A stretch of 64,000 nucleotides of DNA, from positions 11,590,587 to 11,654,586 of the forward strand of contig CM120648.1 in NCBI GenBank assembly GCA_051362555.1, written 5' to 3'. A model generated the notes under the pieces. It was given only the letters and a program-made list of their open reading frames with translations, was not told the DNA's origin and searched no databases. The stretch's first letter is position 1. Each line of letters starts with the position of its first letter. Position numbers and translations under genes: made by a program. Below, piece after piece: positions 49,920 to 63,286 of this stretch. Origin of the DNA: Lingula anatina. Its lineage: Eukaryota > Animalia > Brachiopoda.

Positions 49920-52900
49920 AGAGCACGTGTTATTTATTTTCCTTTCATTAAAAGTGTGATTCATATAAGGGTTTGTAATCCACTTCACAAAAAAATAACT
50001 CGTTTCACTTTTAGTTACTGTTTTGGATTGACAGGACTTACTTCTCCCAGACAGAGCCCCGTAAGGACTCCCGATAACGTGCTGAATGGATTATGTTCCA
50101 AGATGGCTGCTCCAATTATCGGCCCTATGAAGTTCCTTAAACATGAAGAAAATTTTTCAAATTTATATTATATTATATTATATTATATTATATTATATTA
50201 TATTATTTATAGATAATTTTGCGTGAAGTATATTAATTATAAAATTAAAGCATAAATGCGAGTTTAATGCTCATTTTCCTTTGACTTAATAAATATTTTA
50301 AAGGGGATATCCCAATATTCTTTCACAAGACGTACGTTTTTGACTTAAACTGTCTATGAAAATCTAAGACGCTATGAAAATCTACAATTCAATTTTGCTT
50401 GCTATTTTACTCTGATATCATTTTAAGTAAAATAAAGAGCCATTTGCATTAAAAAACACGTTTATTATAACCTAGTTGTTTCAGTATATTACAGCACTGA
50501 CTACAATTTGACCTCTGACCCACGTTTGAGTCATGTGAAGAAAAATTGTTACAATATGATGTGAATATCTACCACGTTTTAGTATTTTATTAACTAATAC
50601 AGAGCCTACAACACTGGTTTAATTGTCAATAATTCTATAGAAGAAATAACATATGTGTGATAATCTCACGTAACTGTTTCATTTACTGATTTGACAAAGC
50701 AATGAAAACGAAGAGGAACCACACAAAGTCTTACCCCATACCCATAGATGTATCAAATATTGCTGACAAATTACCATATGTGATTATGCTATCTGGTAAA
50801 CCGTGGGATCTGCAATTAAATAAAAAAAAAACTGATAATAAAACTGATGAGTTCAAGTAATTCCAACTAGCATAAGAAAATGTGATAACAATACAGCTGA
50901 ATGGAGTAAAATTATCAATTACTGTAATGAAATGTGATAAAGAACTAGACTTACATAAGGAAATACGAAAATAATGTCATGTAACAAATAAATTACATTT
51001 TAACTAGAACACTGAAAACTGGTGACATTTTTTGATCGAGCCCCAAAAAAGGTTTTGTGCAATTTTTATTTGATGCCTAGTCCACTTTCCGAAAAACAAA
51101 CATACGGAAACGGCGCATGGGGTCTTAATGGGGTCTTAATAGATTTTCCAACTAACACGGCTTCATTTACAAAACAAAATTCTTCATGACAGCTACATTG
51201 ATGCAAGCTCTTCTAATTCCATATAACTTACACGGCTTCATTTACACAATCCGCCATGACAGCTACATTGATACAGGCGGTTCCAATCCCACATAGACAA
51301 TTCCCCAAGAAAACAGCCCACGTTGCCCTGAAATCCAAAGTTAAGAGTTTACATGCAGTGAGACTACAGAACAGCTTTTGGTTCTTCGTAGATTTTTCAG
51401 ATGTGACAATTAAAGAACAGGTATTTTAGTAAGAACGCATTTTATCAATTTATATGGTTCTTACATTTAGGAAAATCGTCGATTAGCTAAGTCGATACGC
51501 AATATTTTTACCTGGCAAAAGTATATTTCAATCAAAAATTGACGTTGGCATGAATTAAAATTAATGACATTGATACCTACCCCTTGTCGTTTGGAAATAG
51601 ATCAGTCAGGGGCACCCAGGGTCCAATGAGGGTAAAGGATAAAGCTGTCACGATGAGTCCCAAGACTATAATCACCTTCCTGTGATTCTGTAAAGAAAAA
51701 CGGGTTGCAATTTTTTACTTAAGATTCAAATTGTTTCGCTCCGCTAAGCATGTTAAATGTTGCAGTCGACTTCCTAAATTTCACGAAACGTTTTCTTCGA
51801 GAAAAACGCATTAATATTCTCTCTTCTCTGGATGTGATTTTCTTCGGTCGGCCTTACCGACATGTGCCTGTTTGGGATAATGTTGCCCAACCTTCTGTAT
51901 GTTTTTCATGGAACAACCCAGCCTTCTGGCAATTCGGCGAGTCGATGCTGCAGTGGTGAAAATTATTCCAAATTTCGCAAGAAGAACTTGCGCGGCACGT
52001 GAGATTCTGCGCAAAATTTGGACGCAAACAGGCCGGTTTTGACCGAGGCTTAATGTTATGGTATGGTATAGTACGGTTTGGCATGGCTTGGCATGGCTTG
52101 GCATGGCATAGCATTGCATAGTGTACATGTAGTATAGCAGAGCATTGTAATTTAGAAAACCATCGGTTTATTATCGTGGTGACATTTCTGTCCACACCAG
52201 GTAACTGTTTCAGAAACTGCAAACATCATAAAATTCCCCAGAATGTTCGTCTTTTTTTTACCAAAATGGATTCTGTGATAAGCAAATTTAAATGAAACAT
52301 TTTATTTACTTATTTGCAATTGTCTGTTTCGGTCTAACTTTATTTGAAAAAAGATGTCAGGTACAATTTTATGTGGCTTTGGCCAAACAGATGTACAACT
52401 ACATGATGTAAAGAATAAAGAGGAAAATAGAAATAATGAAATAAAGGAATATACAGCAACTTACGCATTTGTCTGTTATACAGCCAAACAAAGGTACTGA
52501 GAACGTGTAAAAGATCCCACACAGAGCAAACGCCAGGCCGATCATTATATGGTTACCTTGGACAGATGCATCTACCTGCAAATGCAATATTTATACAATA
52601 TTCATGACCTAGGCGTCATAAAGTTGAAAATAATTCATAAAATAAGTAAATTGGAGACGCAAATATTTTTCGAAGAAAACTTTCGTTTCTCTTATGTCAC
52701 AATAATATAGGAAGTTTTATGAAAATTAAATTTCGATGACTTTGTGATTAAAAAGCTTACGTTCTGTAAATGACCTCCTAGAGTGGGACTTAAAGCACTT
52801 AGTCCAACAAATCCTACCCAAACTGCTAGGTGTTCCAGAGGTATGGCGGGTATCTTTGCTAATTTAATGAGCTGTCCATAGTCTGACGGCATTTCTGGGA

Positions 52901-55900
52901 ATAAAAGGTTGAACAGCTTATATGAAATAAAATGACAAACTTCAAGAAAGCATTTGAAAGTGATAAATATGAGGGAACACGTTATGGTTGAATTGATTAC
53001 CCTTGAATTACACTGACTATAACCCCATGCCATCTTCAGGCTTCCCGCTGACTGTTGAAGGCGCGATTATGTCCGTTAAACTGTCTCTAACCCTGTCAAC
53101 ACTTTAACATTTCTAAGGTTTTCAACGCGTCTTAATTCTGTGACGCGGTCCAGTATATTCCCTGTTTTCTCCTGTTTCTTGCGATTTATTTTGACTGTTT
53201 TCACAAAATCCTCGAGTTGTTTTTCTCTAATGCAATTATCACCTATGGTCAGTGAAATGTATGGCATTTCTTGCCTTGTGCCTTCGACTTCATCAACAAA
53301 TTGGTCATTTGGATTCTTTGCTGCCCAAGGTATACCTCTGTATGTGCATTTAAAAGTCTGCTTAAAACTTAATAAATATGTGACCGTAATTTCAGGTACC
53401 CAAACAGCGCTTTCAATTATAACCGGCGGAAATTTCCCATTACACGACAGCAAATATTGCTGTGACAAGTTACCTTCCTCTTCTTTATCGCTTGGTAAGG
53501 TAAAAAAAGCCACAGCTGCTATGACAATGGACATTGGTCCTGTCACGAAGAACGGCAGGCCAAACCCTGCCACCTGATAGAGGCCGCCACCGACCAGGGG
53601 GCCCAAGACGTGACCAAGTCCTGCAAACATTTCTAAAAAACCCTAAAGAGTGAAATGTCAAAACTAAGATGCACGTAACATAATCTAAACAGAATCTTAC
53701 ACGAAATAGAATGTAAAAAGATTCTATGTATTAACAAAGTGAAATTCAATTTCATCAATTTATTCGACTTTCGGATATGTGCACTGTTTAAATAAAGGCA
53801 TACATGTATAGAGTATATACATAGGCCTATGTAGAAATACTTGATTAAAATTTGTAATCATCTGACGATTGCCAAATATTGATACTTAGAGAAAATGTTT
53901 GAAAAAAAGATAATATAATCTTACGTAAAATTGAATACGTATCTTACGCATTCAGTTTTAAGCACATACATGTATAACTCGCTCCCGCACGATTGCCCCA
54001 TTGACTAGTGACTAGTATTTTATTTAATTTTTTTTTTTATTTTGTGCTTCAAACAAATTTTTGATAAGTGTTTTTTTTTTTTTTTTTTAACTAGCATCAT
54101 ATAAAACTAAGGATTGTCATCTACTTACATACGCTGCTGCTACGTTATCCCTAAACTCCTTTGTTGCTAGGGCATAGTTGGCCGTAAAAGACATCGATGC
54201 GCCTATTGATTGTATCACGCGTATTGATATAGCTAGCCCAAGAAAAGAGTCACCGGGAGGGCAGGCATCTAAAAAACTAAAACTCTACACCTAAACCAGG
54301 TAAGATTCCTGTATGGTATTTTATTAATTAATATTTTCTTTTTATTTTTTTTAATGAATGAAAGAAATGAAACTAATCCTTTATACTTTGACCATGCTCT
54401 GATTGACAACCTTACGCAGTTTAAACATAGGTTTCAACACATATGTATGCTAGACATTTACATAAAAATATAATTACCATAGTTTTTAACTTTTTATTTT
54501 TTACATTTTGTTTCATCAACAAGGTATAACATATCCAAAACTATTGAAGAATTGCGTGTTTTTTCTGTTTTGGATAGCTTACATCTTGATAAAGGGCCAT
54601 TTTAGGGGGGTGGAGTCTAACGTTCATTACTAGACTATAGCAAAGAAACTCAATCTCCCTCCCAAGATAACACAGAAAAAGACTCCATGTGGACAAATAG
54701 TTACGCACCCAAAAGCCAACGAACTGATACCAATTACAAGTGTCCCTGTGTAGAAACAACGCCTAGATCCAATGCGAGATAACTAAAACAAAATAAGTTA
54801 ATTTAAAAATTCAATGTTTTTTCTCAAGAGATGAAATAGGTTATGTCATTTTTGAAATGTTGTCATAACTTCTTAATATGTTATTGAAAGTCACTTTGAA
54901 ATTGAATTTATTTCAATAATAGGTTTGAATGAATAAGTTACAACCTAGAAAACAAAAGAGGAAGATGAAACATGCTAAAAAACAATTAACCGACTTAAAG
55001 TACCTGTGAGCCAATAATAAGGGAACAGCAGAACATGGCGACCTCGTAACACCCAAATATTGCCCCTGCACCTGTCAGAGACACGTCCTTTTTTATTGCC
55101 TGAGGAATAAAAATGCAAATAAGGCGGTGAGATAGCACAAATGCATTTAAAGGGATAATAACTCTTCGTATGAGACCTATATTTCACGCTAAAAAACCTT
55201 GTGAATAACTCATAGAAATATAATATATTCTGTTTTACCACAAAAACAGCAGTTATAGCTTTTATTCTGATATTTGAACTTGTCTTTAGACCACGTGACC
55301 TCCATTGATGTCTATACTCTGTTAAAATCTCTTAAGAGATTTTAACAAAAAAACAAACTTTTTAGAAAAAAACCAGGGACTAACTTTGAATGTAAAAATG
55401 GATTCAATAACCATTGGTAAGTATGGAAAAATTGTTGTTTACTCCAGGAAAATTCATTTTTTGGCCGAAACGAAGAGTTATTATTGCTTTAACCTTAACT
55501 AGGTCGTTAACGGACACAAACGGTTTATATTAATGGTTGAAAACATTATATCGGTACATGTTATTCATATAAAACATACATGTGACCTTGAAGCCTTTTT
55601 TATTTTCATATTGAGGTTATGATAGGTAACTAATTTTATAATTTGATTTAAGTGCATTAATATAACTCCTGGTCAGTTTGCATAAAATCAAATTGAATTT
55701 CAAGGGATTTGGAGGTGAGTTGGATAAAAAATAATGACAGATTAGTGAGTATCACACATCAACGAAAAAAAAGCTGCCAGCATACATCCACGGTTAATAT
55801 TCTTCTTGTTTTTGTTAGATCCCCTGTTCTATGCACATTAGCATGCATTCAACATACGTTGCGTGTTATTATAGTAAAGGGTCTGATAAGGTATTTTAGT

Positions 55901-56138
55901 TACCAGTGAAAGACCCATTTTCATTCCTGAGAAGAGAAAAACTTATTTTAATGTGTGATTCGCGAAGCACCCATTTCCCGTGAATTGTACATGTGGCTTT
56001 TCATTCTTCGCCTTTTGTGAAAGATTCGATAGCCGGTGATTCTTGATTTTCGTGTTTTATCAGTGAGATATGAGTAAAATATTATTTTCGGTGATTTGTG
56101 AATTGATGGTTTTATTTCCCATGAACTGTGTTCACTTC

Positions 56139-56169
<31 letters not shown>

Positions 56170-56868
56170 ACCACCACCACCACCACCAATGGCTCCTCTT
56201 TGTAAAGATTTGCTTTCTGTTAAGCCTAGGTCCCAACTACGTTTTGAACGCACGGATTTTAGGTTCCTTGCGTCCGGCTAGAACGTAGCTAGATTGCAGG
56301 GGAGAAATCAAGTAATTAGTGAAAAGTGCTAGTCTAGGTGCTGTTCGCGTCCTCCAAAAGTCGCACGATGGACGTGCTCCTCACGCACGAACTCCCACGT
56401 TTTCCCCATTTTTTGCCGTAGACCACACGTAGCAGCCCGAACGTTCGGTTGGGACCTAGGCTTTACGGCGCACCAAATTTCATGCCTTGTGCTACAAGGT
56501 TAGCCCAACTTTATGCAGTTGTTGTACGTTTTCTGGTCACGTATGACATTGCGTCTAGGACATCTTGGGTGACTCCATTTCAACAGACATCAAACAAAAC
56601 AATAAAAAAAGACAATTTCTATAAAAAGAGCCAATGAATTCTCACTTACCTCATCTCGGAGAAATGGTTGCATTACAGAGTAGCAAGCGGATAAAGCGAT
56701 GTTGGCAAGAGCACCGTTCATTAATGAGGATTTCTGCCGAGAACTCAGCTTCAGCAACTCCTCTCCTGTATGTTTCTTCACGGTCTCACCCCTTCCTTCC
56801 TTCTCATCCTCTATCTCCTCATCCCTTCCCTCCTTCTCATCGTGTATCTCTTTGCACCTTCTTTCCAT
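49520..56868 (-). CDS. SLC18B1: MFS transporter SLC18B1-like, copy 4 (12 exons, 505 aa)
   Basis: Exons 56650-56868, 55004-55099, 54709-54782, 54129-54276, 53474-53642, 52761-52894, 52465-52575, 51581-51687, 51232-51327, 50735-50809, 50042-50135, 49520-49714; open frame; start codon inferred. Confidence 0.85.
49874..49913. repeat. (TG)n microsatellite; (TATTA)n at ~50165-50205
   Basis: Directly visible. Confidence 0.95.
55151..55488. mobile_element. Kolobok-like element in intron 1 of copy 4
   Basis: TTAA duplication; TIR AG..ATAATAACTCTTCGT; empty site cctttaacctg in copy 3 (~44770). Confidence 0.85.
56223..56462. mobile_element. PIF/Harbinger-like MITE in intron 1 of copy 4
   Basis: TIR AGCCTAGGTCCCAAC; TTA duplication; empty site tctgttacgg in copy 3 (~45423). 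Confidence 0.9.
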
Positions 56869-57114
56869 CTCCTGATCTGTCTTCACACTCTCTTGCGTGT
56901 CCTCTTATCTCATCCTGTCTTCTATATTATCTTAGAGAAAGCCGCCATGTCAGAAGTAACGCCAAATGGTGTCTCCCGCTTATTGCTTGAAATGCGACCA
57001 GTCAGATAATGCAGCGTGAATTGCCCATTGCACTGTGTAGTTTATAGAGTGTTTCACTCATAAAACAAACCGAGATTCGTTCAGCCTAGTCTTTTTTTTC
57101 GGTTGACTAGCTGA

Positions 57115-59042
57115 AGGCCCCTATACCCCGGACTGCATCCTTTCTGCGTCCCTTCTACGATCATAAATATAGTCTGGATGCCCATTAGTGTCCAAAGCAA
57201 TTAAATTGTGTTTCAGTGTAAACACGTCTGCGTCCCTTGTGCGTCCTTTGAACGACTGAATGTAGATTTTACCTGTAAAATACCTGTAAAACTGCGAGCT
57301 TACTTTGCGTCCGCTGAGCGACATGTGCGTCCACTGAGCAACCTGCCTGGCCCCCCCTCCTTTTGCGTCCCTTTGTAAAGCTTTCACCTTACAATGCACA
57401 ATGATCACTAGTTTACCAAGTCCGAGTTTGCGCGGTCTTGTCACTAACATCTGCCTTCTGCCTCCTTGGTTAAAGAACGGTACCAAGCGGTACTCCAATC
57501 GAGCTGCTGAATCCAATGGATAAAATATATAGCCTCAATGGAAAAGTAGAAGTGAATACTGACTGGGGGAAAATCCAACCCTTATATATAATTCAAACGG
57601 CAATTCAAAATTACTTATATTTTACCATTAGAGCACGAAAAGCTATAATGTGACAAATGTACTAAGGTTGGAGCCCCAGACCGAACTCGTCCGAGCCCTG
57701 CACACTAGGATGGGAAGACCGGGTTAGGTCAGCTAAGGGTTTATTACAGTGCCGTCCTCTCATGGCTGATTGCAGTGGCGGATTTAGGGGGGTCAGGGTG
57801 GAGCGTCGCCCCTTCGAATTCTGAAAAAATATCACACCAAAAGTCCCACCTTGAAATTAGAATTTTCACCAGCTGAATCATAATTCTAAATCGTACCATA
57901 TGGCACCGTTCGCCCGCAAAAATGCCAATTTTTTCAAGGCCCCGAACACCGCACCAAGGGGGGGGGGGGGGTAAGACTTGGTTCCCATTCCTAGATCGAT
58001 CTAATAGGATAGGTCCATCTCCACGGGATTTCTCGTTAAATTTCTTTCAACTTTTAAGTGGCTTTTAAGTGGCTTACATGTCTGGGACGTCTACTTAAGC
58101 TGCTAAACGATAGTTAATTACCCTTCGGTAGGCGTTACAGACATCTACGCCGTTTAAGTTAATTGCAATTAAGCGAGAATTCCCTTGGAGATAGTTCGAT
58201 CTTAAGAGAATGATCTCTAAGGGTCGGCTTTGCATCCCCGACTCCCCCCCCCCCCTTCAAATAATCCTGGGCCCGCCCCTTGGTTGGTGGTCAGGGCTCA
58301 TTTATCAGCTAAATGATTTTCTAATTAATGCCTAAAACACGTACTTGTCCAAAGGGATGTAATGTTAGTATTTGACAGCCACAAGTGAACAAGGAGCAGG
58401 GAGTGTTTTGTAGCGGAACCTTAGTTGATTGACATGACCTCGTTGTACTTAAGCACAGAATGTAATGTAAACGAGAGAGATCGATGTAAGAGGTTGAGCG
58501 GAGAGGAATACATTGTAGATAGCATAGCATAGTTAGAAAGGGATAATAAAGAATATGAAGGAATATTGACGTTGTTTGGTTTTACCTCGCGAAAAAAGCA
58601 AGACAAAGTCGGTAACGTCGTCACAGGGATGATAAATGAAAATCATCAAAATTATAATTTGGCCAAATTTCGTGTCCAGGTCAGAACTGATGAAAAAGCG
58701 TTAGAATATATTGAAGGGCGCCCAAACAATGCTCATTGGTCAAGCAGAGAGCAGAAAGATCGTAGAATGGTCACCACTGATCGCCGATGAAGGTACAGAG
58801 AACGCAGCGAGGATGGTCAATGGCTGCTCAAACATCGCAATGGACGCCGTGGGTTGCATAGGGGACGCACTGGGGAGGCAGGCCGGTCTCTCAGTGGCAA
58901 TTTTGCAGGTGAAAGCAAGATTCGGTCGTTCAAAGGACGAACAACGGACGCAGACGCCTACAGTGAGACACGATTTAACTGCCTTTGTATCCTGACCACA
59001 TTTTTGATAGCAGAAAGGACGCCGCCCATTGTAAAGAGGCCT
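57115..59042. mobile_element. ~1.9-kb Harbinger-like non-autonomous element with long imperfect TIRs, containing nested elements 57772-58280 and 57975-58217
   Basis: AGGCC..CCTTTCTGCGTCC / GCAGAAAGGACG..GGCCT ends related to the 13608 MITE; gtctgcgtcc..cgtcctttgaacgac mirrored at ~58925-58955; TGA/TAA flanks. Confidence 0.75.
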
Positions 59043-59624
59043 TAAGTAAAAAATAATTCTTTTTTACATCTGTATTAGTGTGCGGATTATCGGTGGGCTT
59101 TGTAACTAAGGAAAAACAGCGGGGTGTCTGAAAAATGAAAACGTGGACACAGATAATGCTGATAATCGAAAGACACTTAAGAAGTCCAATTACTTTTTAT
59201 CGGGAAAACGTGTGGGATTGATTTGTTTGAAAGTTACATTCGCACTTCAGGGTTTACGAATGCAATATGAACTATGCACTTCACTTGATAATTTTCCACA
59301 TTATCCCATATAATAACCTAGTAATCAAATTTCACAACCACGTAGCATAAATAGCCGCATTTACGGGAACAATCTCCATGCATTTCCAGCTATTAGCATT
59401 GAGACGGGACGAATTTGTTTTTCATCATTATTGGTTTCCGATCATTGTCAAATTAAAAATTCCGAGCCCATTGGGAACTGTTGTCATCAGCAGTCCACAC
59501 GTTCTGATAGCACGAAGTGTCTTTGTATAACACGTGTTTTGTTGCGTTTTGTTGTGTTTTTATCAGATATCGAGCGGAGGTTCAGGATCCCCCTGACACA
59601 CCCTAAATCCGGCGCTGCGTTGGG

Positions 59625-59960
59625 TTACAAGTCTGTCTCGTGGGATATTGTCCCAATCATCCTGAAGAGCTTTACATAATCTGCCCAGGTTATTTGGGGG
59701 GAGGTTCGCTGCAATACGCACTCCACAACATCCCTCAGGTGTTCAGTAGGGTAATTAATAGGGTTCAGAGATGGGTGTTCTCTCAATAGATAATTGCGTT
59801 TCTGCAATGAATCGCTCACCATACGAGAACTGTGAGCAAGTGCATTGTCACGATGAAGCATGTTGTATCCCTGAATTTACACTGTGCAGATTGAGTGAGA
59901 TGTCTGTTGAGAATATTACGGTAAATAGCCCCATTAACGCTCTGTTTCTGGAAGAACAAT
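59625..59960 (-). mobile_element. Tc1/mariner transposase remnant (frameshifted)
   Basis: VNGAIYRNILNRHL..SA, then LHRDNALAHSSRMV..HPSLNPINYPTEHLRD, resembling Tc1 QQDNAPAH and WPxxSPDLNPIEHLW motifs. Confidence 0.7.
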
Positions 59961-60847
59961 GCACAACAACATGGGCACCTCGAACACCGACTGGTCCGAC
60001 ACCTCGGGCCATATCAACCTCCACACACTCTATTACGTTCTGTCCTTTTTAAGTCATTTTTTCTTTCTGACTTGCCCTGACTTAAAATGAAAAGACAAAC
60101 TGAAGATAGCCTCTCAGGTTTGTTTGAGCGCATGACACCCAGTCACTAATGAGAAGCCAAACCGTGTTCACTCTGCTCCACTAAAATTCTTTAAGTATGT
60201 AAGAAATTCGTAACAATAACGTTGGTTAATAACAAGGTTAAATGGTCGTGCACACAGCATATATATATGGTTATTTGCACATTATTTAGTTATTCAGACA
60301 GCGATTATCATTTTTATCTCCCAAATCGATGCGTTACTGACGCCACTCTATGGCTTCTTACTATGTATCATTGCCGGAAATTCATTTTTTGAGTTGGTGT
60401 TATGCATAGTGCTTTTATTGTATAAAGGTCTGTGTCATAAATATAAAATACCAGTAAACATCCAACTGTTACAATCTGCTTAATTTTATGTTTAAGACAA
60501 TTAACAACATGCGACGCCATATATAAGATACATACGTTACTCGAAAGCCATTAAATATAAAAAAACAGCAAAAAATTAAAACCCCTTATCAAAATACGTT
60601 ATTTAGGTTTTATCAACCTATGCAACAGGAACAGATCTACAATGTGTGTCAAACGTGGTTCGAAAAAAGGTAAATGTCTGAAAAGAACGACACCTTCGTT
60701 TGGAAACATTTCATTGTGTCATGAGATACATAAAGATATATCAGCGTGCAGAAGCTGATATACTTCAGACTAAAAATAATCATGGCACTGGGCAGATAAA
60801 ATGTTTTTTTTAATATATAATATGCACGTCTATGCACCTTTCTTTTT

Positions 60848-63286
60848 TCACCTACATGTGTCGAGGTTAGAAAACTGGTCAATATTGACACTATCATCAG
60901 CCATACTTTCGAATTGCACGTGATGTATCTGTATAGTCGGGCAAGGGATCAGTGGCAATCTCAATGTTTCCTTTCCGTATTGCGTGTCACAGTGGGTGAC
61001 ATTATTATTGTCAATACTACTGTATCCGGACCTGCTGCGACTCCTTTTAAGCGCCGCATAGACTACCCCACAGTATAGAATGAGGAGTCCAGCCTGAAAA
61101 GAGACACACACTTTAAATTAACTACAGCTTCAGGGAGGCCTGGAACGTCTCCAGAGTACGCACCATGGGCAGACATAAAAATAAAAAATATATTATTGAT
61201 ATAAGTGGATTTTTGACGTATTGTCATCTATTGTAAACTACACTGAGAGTGGAGTATGGAATATACCTGTAAGAACCAGACATTGTATTAGAATAAACAT
61301 ACAATGTATCGTATAACAATCAGTGTGCTGCATATACTGACGGATACAGGTACACGTACATGTTTGGGCTTTGGGAGTGACACGAAGATAAATGTTTTGA
61401 CCTCGTTTCGTTCTATGATACGTACATGTACAATTACAAGGAAGGAAGAGATAGTTATAATTGGGAGGGAGAAAAAGTATGTGAACACCTCAAAAGCCTG
61501 GACGGGTACACATGCCCGAGATTAACTCCCCTGGATGTGTTCCTAGCTTTTCTTAAGGCCTCAGGGAAGCATTTCAATTTTAAAGTATCTGTTTGTTACC
61601 ATGACTTACCGCCCCCAGAGAGAGCCCCGTAAGTACTCCCGATAGTGTGCTGAATAGGTTATGTTCCAAGATGGCTGCTCCAATTATTGGCCCGATGAAC
61701 TTCCTTAAGCACAAGTAGGAAATTAAAATAATGCAGATAAAAGAAGATAACGGTTTTTGCACTTCATTTTCGTTGATAAGATTAAGTATCTATAAATGAG
61801 CGATTTGCCATTTTTAAGGAATTGTAAGTGAGTAAAACCCTATTCGTATGAACCAAAATTAACCATGGGAACTCTACATTTCTTTCTTGGGATAAATTAC
61901 ACATAAAAAAAGGAAATCTTCCGAATTCAAAAAAAGTCGGATTGCAATATATAATATGTGGATATTTTTTCCATAACTAGTCTATTCAAATGAAAAAAAA
62001 ACCTCACATGATACAAATCACAGTGCCACCTCCTTTTTAGAATATAAGCTTTAATAACTTTAAATACCGAATGTTTTAAGTGACTGCGTAATGTGTAAAT
62101 GCGTTTCTACCGAGATAATACTTATTTATATTGAAACATTTTAACAATATTTATTGAAGGAAAAGCAAATCGTCTTAAGCTCACCTTATAGCAAAGGCTA
62201 TCTAATATAACTGCATTTAACAGATTCAACACAATAATACACAAATTAAAAGAAAAGAAAACCACAGGGAATCTTACCCCAAACCCGTAGATGTGTCATA
62301 CATTGCTGACAAATTGCCATACGTGATTATACTATCTGGTAGTCCGTGAGACCTGCAATGATACATGAAAAGTAGTGATTGTTTTTAATCATCTCATCTA
62401 ACACAATGAAGGATTGACATCCTGAACATTTGGGTTATGGAGTATATTTTCCCAATAAACCATCCAACTTCCATAGTTTCGGTACACAATCTGCTCCGAC
62501 GGGACAATGAGACGGGCTGCTAACTGATCCTACACACCTTACACAGCCTCAGTTTCAAATTCCAACATGGCGTCTACAATGGTACAAGCAGCCATAATGC
62601 CACATGATTTGCATGGTCTCATTTACACAATCCGCCACGATGAATAAATTCATGATAAGCATTTCTAATGCTACATATCTTTCACGGCCTCAGTTTCAAA
62701 TTCTGCCATAATGGTAAAATAAGTACAAGCAGTTCTTATTCCACATTACTTACACCGCCTCGTTTACACAATCCGCCATGGCAGCTACATTGACACAGGC
62801 GGTTCCAATTCCACTGACACAAACCCCCAGGAAAACTGCCCATGATGCACTGGAATCCAAAATTTAAATTATATATTATTGCACCTACATATCAGCTTTA
62901 CGTTGCTCCTGGGTATTTTTAAAGAAACAAAAACTCTCCAAGGCAAAAGAAAATTAACAGCTCTTTATTTGAAATGAATCATGTCCCTTATTGAATAAGT
63001 TGTTTTAATTCATTATTTTTTTTATCTCATAGCAACAATATATGCAAAGTAATATAACGCCTTATTTCAATTTACCCCTTAGACAGTTACCCTGCAGATT
63101 CGGAAGTGGTAACATTTGTATAAAAACGTGGAGGATAATACATTAAGGAAAAATAAGATTGACTAGCACTGATACCTACCCTTTGCCGTTTGGAAATAAG
63201 TAAGTCAGTGGCGCCCAGGGTCCAATGAGGGTAAATGATAAGGCCATTATGAGGAGTCCGGAGATAATTATCACCTTTCTACGATT
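60848..63286 (-). CDS. SLC18B1: MFS transporter SLC18B1-like, copy 5 (partial, exons 8-12; 5' part beyond the window)
   Basis: Exons 63180-63286, 62754-62849, 62278-62352, 61610-61703, 60848-61093; exons 8-11 match paralog sizes, frame open. Confidence 0.8.
62465..62753 (-). repeat. Four degenerate 70-71-nt tandem copies of the 3' part of exon 9 plus donor
   Basis: Units in register at 62473, 62543, 62613, 62684 versus the true exon end at 62754. Confidence 0.8.

Noticed and set aside
53076-53473. Long ORF extension of exon 5 into intron 5 of copy 4
   Set aside because: A conserved donor at 53473 exists and the paralogous intron in copy 3 closes early
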